From Acaryochloridaceae cyanobacterium VAR_48_metabat_390 (GTDB lineage: Bacteria; Cyanobacteriota; Cyanobacteriia; Thermosynechococcales; Thermosynechococcaceae): 40,733 nt of DNA. The stretch's first letter is position 1. Each line of letters opens with the position of its first letter. The DNA is taken from the NCBI GenBank assembly GCA_031422435.1, contig JANPLU010000034.1:1-40733 (forward strand), given 5' to 3'. The position numbers were made by a program, and so were the translations under genes. This document shows positions 37,112 to 40,733 of the stretch, in pieces. The notes beneath the pieces were generated by a model. It saw only the letters and a program-made list of their open reading frames with translations, did not search any database and was not told the origin of the DNA.

Positions 37112-40100
37112 ATGAGTAGAACCGAACTGCCCCCACAACAGGGCCTGTACGATCCGCAGTTCGAGCATGATGCGTGCGGTGTCGGCTTTATTGTTCATAT
37201 GAAAGGGCAAAAGTCCCACAGTATTATTGAGCAGGCGCTAACCATTCTAGAAAACCTCGAACACCGAGGAGCCTGCGGCTGTGAAACCAACACGGGCGAT
37301 GGCGCAGGCATTTTGATGCAGATGCCCCACAAGTTTTTGCAAAAAGTAGCTGCCGCCGAGGGCATTACGCTGCCAGCAGCCGGCCAGTATGGCGTAGGCA
37401 TGATCTACGGTTCCCCTGACCCAGCGGCGCGGGCAGCAGGGCGTAAAATTTTTGAGTCGATTGCAGCAGCAGAAGGTCAACAGGTGTTGGGCTGGCGCGA
37501 TGTGCCCACCGATCACTCCATGATTGGCAACACGGCTAAATCCAGCGAGCCGTTTATGCAGCAGGTGTTTATTGGGCGATCGCCCGATCTCACCGATGAC
37601 CTCGCCTTTGAGCGCAAGCTGTTTGTGCTGCGTAAGCTAGCGCATAACCCCATTCGGGCGGCGCAGATCGATCCCTACTGGTATATGTCTAGCCTTTCGT
37701 GCCGGACGATGGTGTATAAGGGAATGCTGATGACTGCACAGGTGGGGCAATACTACCCTGAGCTACATGACCCTGATATGGAAAGCGCCCTAGGGCTAGT
37801 GCATTCGCGCTTTAGCACCAATACCTTCCCCAGTTGGGAGCGATCGCACCCCTACCGCTACATTGCCCACAACGGCGAAATCAACACCCTACGCGGCAAC
37901 ATCAACTGGATGATTGCGCGACAGTCTTTGTTTGAGTCTGATTTGTTTGGAAACGACATCCAGAAAATTCAGCCTGCGATTAACGTAGACGGCAGTGATT
38001 CGACTATCTTTGACAACACGCTGGAATTGCTGACCTTGGCAGGGCGATCGCTTCCCCACGCCATCATGATGATGATCCCCGAACCGTGGACAGCGCACGA
38101 GTCGATGAGCGATGAGAAAAAGGCGTTTTACGAGTATCACTCCTGCCTGATGGAGCCGTGGGACGGCCCTGCGTCCATCGCCTTTACCGACGGCACCATG
38201 ATGGGGGCTGTGTTAGACCGCAACGGACTGCGCCCTTCGCGATACTACGTCACCAAAGACGATCTGGTCATTATGGCCTCTGAAGCGGGTGTGTTGCCCA
38301 TTGAGCCAGAGCGCATTGCCCGTAAAGGCCGTCTAGAGCCAGGACGGATGTTTTTGGTGGACATGGAAGAAGGCCGCATTGTGGCAGATGACGAAATTAA
38401 GCACAAAATCGCCACCGAGCAGCCCTACTGCGAGTGGATTAACCAGCACATGGTGGAGCTGGCAACGGTCAAAGATGCCCCTGGGGGAGAAGCAACCGAA
38501 TCTCAGACCCTGATTCAGCGTCAAATGGCTTTTGGCTATACCTTTGAAGAACTGCGGCTACTGCTAACGCCGATGGCGCGAGATGGCGTAGAAGCCACAG
38601 GCGCAATGGGTTCTGATACGCCCTTAGCGGTACTGTCAGATCGTCCTAAGCTGCTCTACGACTACTTTCAGCAGCTCTTTGCCCAGGTCACAAACCCGCC
38701 TATCGACTCCATTCGAGAAGAAATTATTACCTCAGCCGAAACCACCATCGGCTCCGAGCGGAACCTACTAAAGCCAGAACCCGAAAGCTGTCATCTCATT
38801 GAGCTAAAAAGCCCCATTTTAAGCAATGAAGATCTGGCGAAGCTCAAGCACATTGATGAAAGCGGATTCAAATCCATTACCCTGCCTATTCTGTTTAACC
38901 CGAAAGAAGGGGTGCAGGGACTAGAGCAGGCAATAGCAGCGGTCTGCACCCAAGCCGACCGCGCCATCAACGACGGCATTAACATCATTATTTTGAGTGA
39001 TCGCGGGGTTAACCCAAGCCAAGCCGCCATTCCCGCACTATTGGCAGTCGCAGGGCTACACCACCACCTGATCCGCGAAGGGACTCGCACCCGCATAGGT
39101 TTAGTGCTGGAATCTGGCGAACCCCGTGAAGTTCATCATCATGCCCTCTTAATTGGTTACGGCTGTGGGGCGATCAACCCCTACCTCGCCTTTGAGACGA
39201 TGGAAGACATGATTCGTCAGGGCTTGCTGGTTAACGTCGATCCAAAGACGGCCTGCAAAAACTACATTAAGGCCGCTACTAAGGGCGTGACCAAGGTGGC
39301 CTCTAAGATCGGCATTTCTACCATCCAGAGCTATCGCGGCGCACAGATTTTTGAAGCGGTGGGGCTTAATAGCGCCGTCGTCGCGCAATACTTTACCCGC
39401 ACGGCCTCTCGCATTGAGGGTGTAGATTTAGCCGTGATTGCCCAAGAGGCGATCGCCCGTCATACCCACGCCTTCCCCGATCGTCCCTCCAAGGGACACA
39501 CCCTTGAAGTAGGCGGCGAATACCAGTGGCGCAAAGAGGGCGAGGCGCATTTGTTCAGTCCCCAAACCATCCACTCGCTTCAGCAGGCGGTGCAGGAAGA
39601 CAGCTACGAAAAATATAAGCAGTATGCAGATTTGGTGAATGAGCAAAACCAAAGCCATTTCACCCTGCGCGGCCTGCTGGAATTTAAGGCTCAAACGCCG
39701 ATCTCTATTGAGGAAGTCGAGTCTATTGATTCGATTATGACGCGCTTTAAGACCGGAGCCATGAGCTATGGTTCGATTTCTAAAGAAGCCCATGAGGCAC
39801 TGGCGATCGCCATGAATCGCGTCGATGGCAAGTCCAACACAGGCGAAGGTGGTGAAGACCCTGAGCGCTATACCTGGACGAACGAGCAGGGCGATTCTAA
39901 AAATAGCGCCATTAAACAGGTGGCTTCGGGTCGATTTGGGGTGACAAGTCTCTACCTCTCCCAAGCGAGAGAAATTCAAATCAAGATGGCACAGGGTGCC
40001 AAACCTGGTGAAGGCGGTCAGCTCCCTGGCAAAAAGGTCTACCCGTGGATTGCCAAAGTGCGCCACTCTACCCCAGGCGTAGGGCTAATTTCTCCACCCC

Positions 40101-40733
40101 CCCACCACGATATTTACTCCATTGAAGATCTGGCGGAACTCATCCACGATCTTAAAAACGCCAACCGGAAAGCCCGCATTAGCGTGAAGTTAGTATCTGA
40201 AGTGGGGGTCGGCACCATCGCTGCGGGGGTTTCCAAAGCCCATGCAGATGTAGTGCTAATCTCTGGCTTTGATGGCGGGACGGGCGCATCACCCCAAACT
40301 TCGATTAAACACGCAGGCCTACCCTGGGAATTGGGACTTGCCGAAACCCATCAAACTTTAGTCCTCAACAACCTCCGTAGCCGGATTGTGGTGGAGACCG
40401 ATGGGCAAATGAAGACGGGTCGGGACGTGGCGATCGCCGCCCTCCTGGGTGCCGAGGAATTTGGGTTTGCTACCGCACCTCTTGTCACCTTGGGGTGCAT
40501 TATGATGCGAGTCTGCCACCTGAACACCTGCCCCGTCGGCGTTGCCACCCAAGACCCGCTTCTGCGCCGTAACTTTACAGGCGACCCAGCCCACGTCGCT
40601 AACTTCATGCGCTTTATTGCCCAAGAAGTGCGGGAAATCATGGCAAGCCTCGGGTTCCGTACCCTAACCGAAATGGTCGGTCGCACCGAAATCCTGGAAG
40701 CAAAAAAAGCCGTCGATCACTGGAAGGCAAAAG
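37112..40733 (+). CDS. gltB: Glutamate synthase large subunit (GltB type), 5' part, truncated by the window end
   Basis: ATG 37112 opens [32 protein letters not shown]...[17 protein letters not shown]. Later motifs are [61 protein letters not shown] and [15 protein letters not shown]. No stop codon falls inside the window, so the ORF track omits it. Confidence 0.96.
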   Translation, partial: MSRTELPPQQGLYDPQFEHDACGVGFIVHMKGQKSHSIIEQALTILENLEHRGACGCETNTGDGAGILMQMPHKFLQKVAAAEGITLPAAGQYGVGMIYGSPDPAARAAGRKIFESIAAAEGQQVLGWRDVPTDHSMIGNTAKSSEPFMQQVFIGRSPDLTDDLAFERKLFVLRKLAHNPIRAAQIDPYWYMSSLSCRTMVYKGMLMTAQVGQYYPELHDPDMESALGLVHSRFSTNTFPSWERSHPYRYIAHNGEINTLRGNINWMIARQSLFESDLFGNDIQKIQPAINVDGSDSTIFDNTLELLTLAGRSLPHAIMMMIPEPWTAHESMSDEKKAFYEYHSCLMEPWDGPASIAFTDGTMMGAVLDRNGLRPSRYYVTKDDLVIMASEAGVLPIEPERIARKGRLEPGRMFLVDMEEGRIVADDEIKHKIATEQPYCEWINQHMVELATVKDAPGGEATESQTLIQRQMAFGYTFEELRLLLTPMARDGVEATGAMGSDTPLAVLSDRPKLLYDYFQQLFAQVTNPPIDSIREEIITSAETTIGSERNLLKPEPESCHLIELKSPILSNEDLAKLKHIDESGFKSITLPILFNPKEGVQGLEQAIAAVCTQADRAINDGINIIILSDRGVNPSQAAIPALLAVAGLHHHLIREGTRTRIGLVLESGEPREVHHHALLIGYGCGAINPYLAFETMEDMIRQGLLVNVDPKTACKNYIKAATKGVTKVASKIGISTIQSYRGAQIFEAVGLNSAVVAQYFTRTASRIEGVDLAVIAQEAIARHTHAFPDRPSKGHTLEVGGEYQWRKEGEAHLFSPQTIHSLQQAVQEDSYEKYKQYADLVNEQNQSHFTLRGLLEFKAQTPISIEEVESIDSIMTRFKTGAMSYGSISKEAHEALAIAMNRVDGKSNTGEGGEDPERYTWTNEQGDSKNSAIKQVASGRFGVTSLYLSQAREIQIKMAQGAKPGEGGQLPGKKVYPWIAKVRHSTPGVGLISPPPHHDIYSIEDLAELIHDLKNANRKARISVKLVSEVGVGTIAAGVSKAHADVVLISGFDGGTGASPQTSIKHAGLPWELGLAETHQTLVLNNLRSRIVVETDGQMKTGRDVAIAALLGAEEFGFATAPLVTLGCIMMRVCHLNTCPVGVATQDPLLRRNFTGDPAHVANFMRFIAQEVREIMASLGFRTLTEMVGRTEILEAKKAVDHWKAK

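Larger units (their letters stand above)
448..40437. repeat. HIP1 octamer GCGATCGC dispersed across the window
   Basis: About 45 copies counted by eye (for example 448, 1761, 1791, 3491, 11591, 17761, 32344), roughly one per 0.9 kb. Confidence 0.95.

Noticed and set aside
37195..40686. Minus-strand ORFs of 63-212 aa in the track
   Set aside because: They are antisense shadows of the gltB reading frame with no recognisable motifs.
1..40733. Defence system, prophage, CRISPR, tRNA/rRNA or autonomous transposase
   Set aside because: I found no nuclease, integrase, transposase, phage structural motifs, repeat-spacer array or cloverleaf by eye.

Overview
Chromosomal DNA from a cyanobacterium. It has about 45 HIP1 octamers (GCGATCGC, counted by eye) and carries nblA, nblB, a SigB-type sigma factor and a cyAbrB-like gene. 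Most of the window is core or near-core. In order it encodes: a divergent PhoX-like protein; der; a CheB-CheR-PAS-HisKA_2 kinase with a REC-PAS-GAF partner whose DHp-like histidine is replaced by Glu; a hopanoid-tailoring locus (hpnK, an orphan DevC/FtsX permease, hpnI, no hpnJ); urtABCDE plus ureG behind a clear NtcA promoter; SYLF and DUF4112 proteins; HU and cyAbrB; an NlpC/P60 peptidase; sigB; a cNMP-DUF1003 protein; queA; nblB; a matrixin; an AT-rich amino-sugar/glycan module (PglC-like, GT47, FemAB/GNAT, DegT); nblA; GT9; ispD; a two-domain aspartic protease; and the 5' 3.6 kb of gltB, which the ORF track misses. Beyond the track I found two copies of a TA-flanked MITE-like element (one supplies the urtD stop codon), a 58-aa Cys-rich microprotein, a perfect 48-bp palindrome, a second perfect NtcA box upstream of sigB, and a PsrR1-like sRNA candidate. 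I saw no CRISPR array, rRNA, tRNA or transposase. No single clearly new system can be proven from sequence alone. The best leads are the CheBR kinase/pseudokinase pair, the hpnI-DevC-hpnK locus and the MITE family. Family assignments come from motif recognition and memory, not from database searches.
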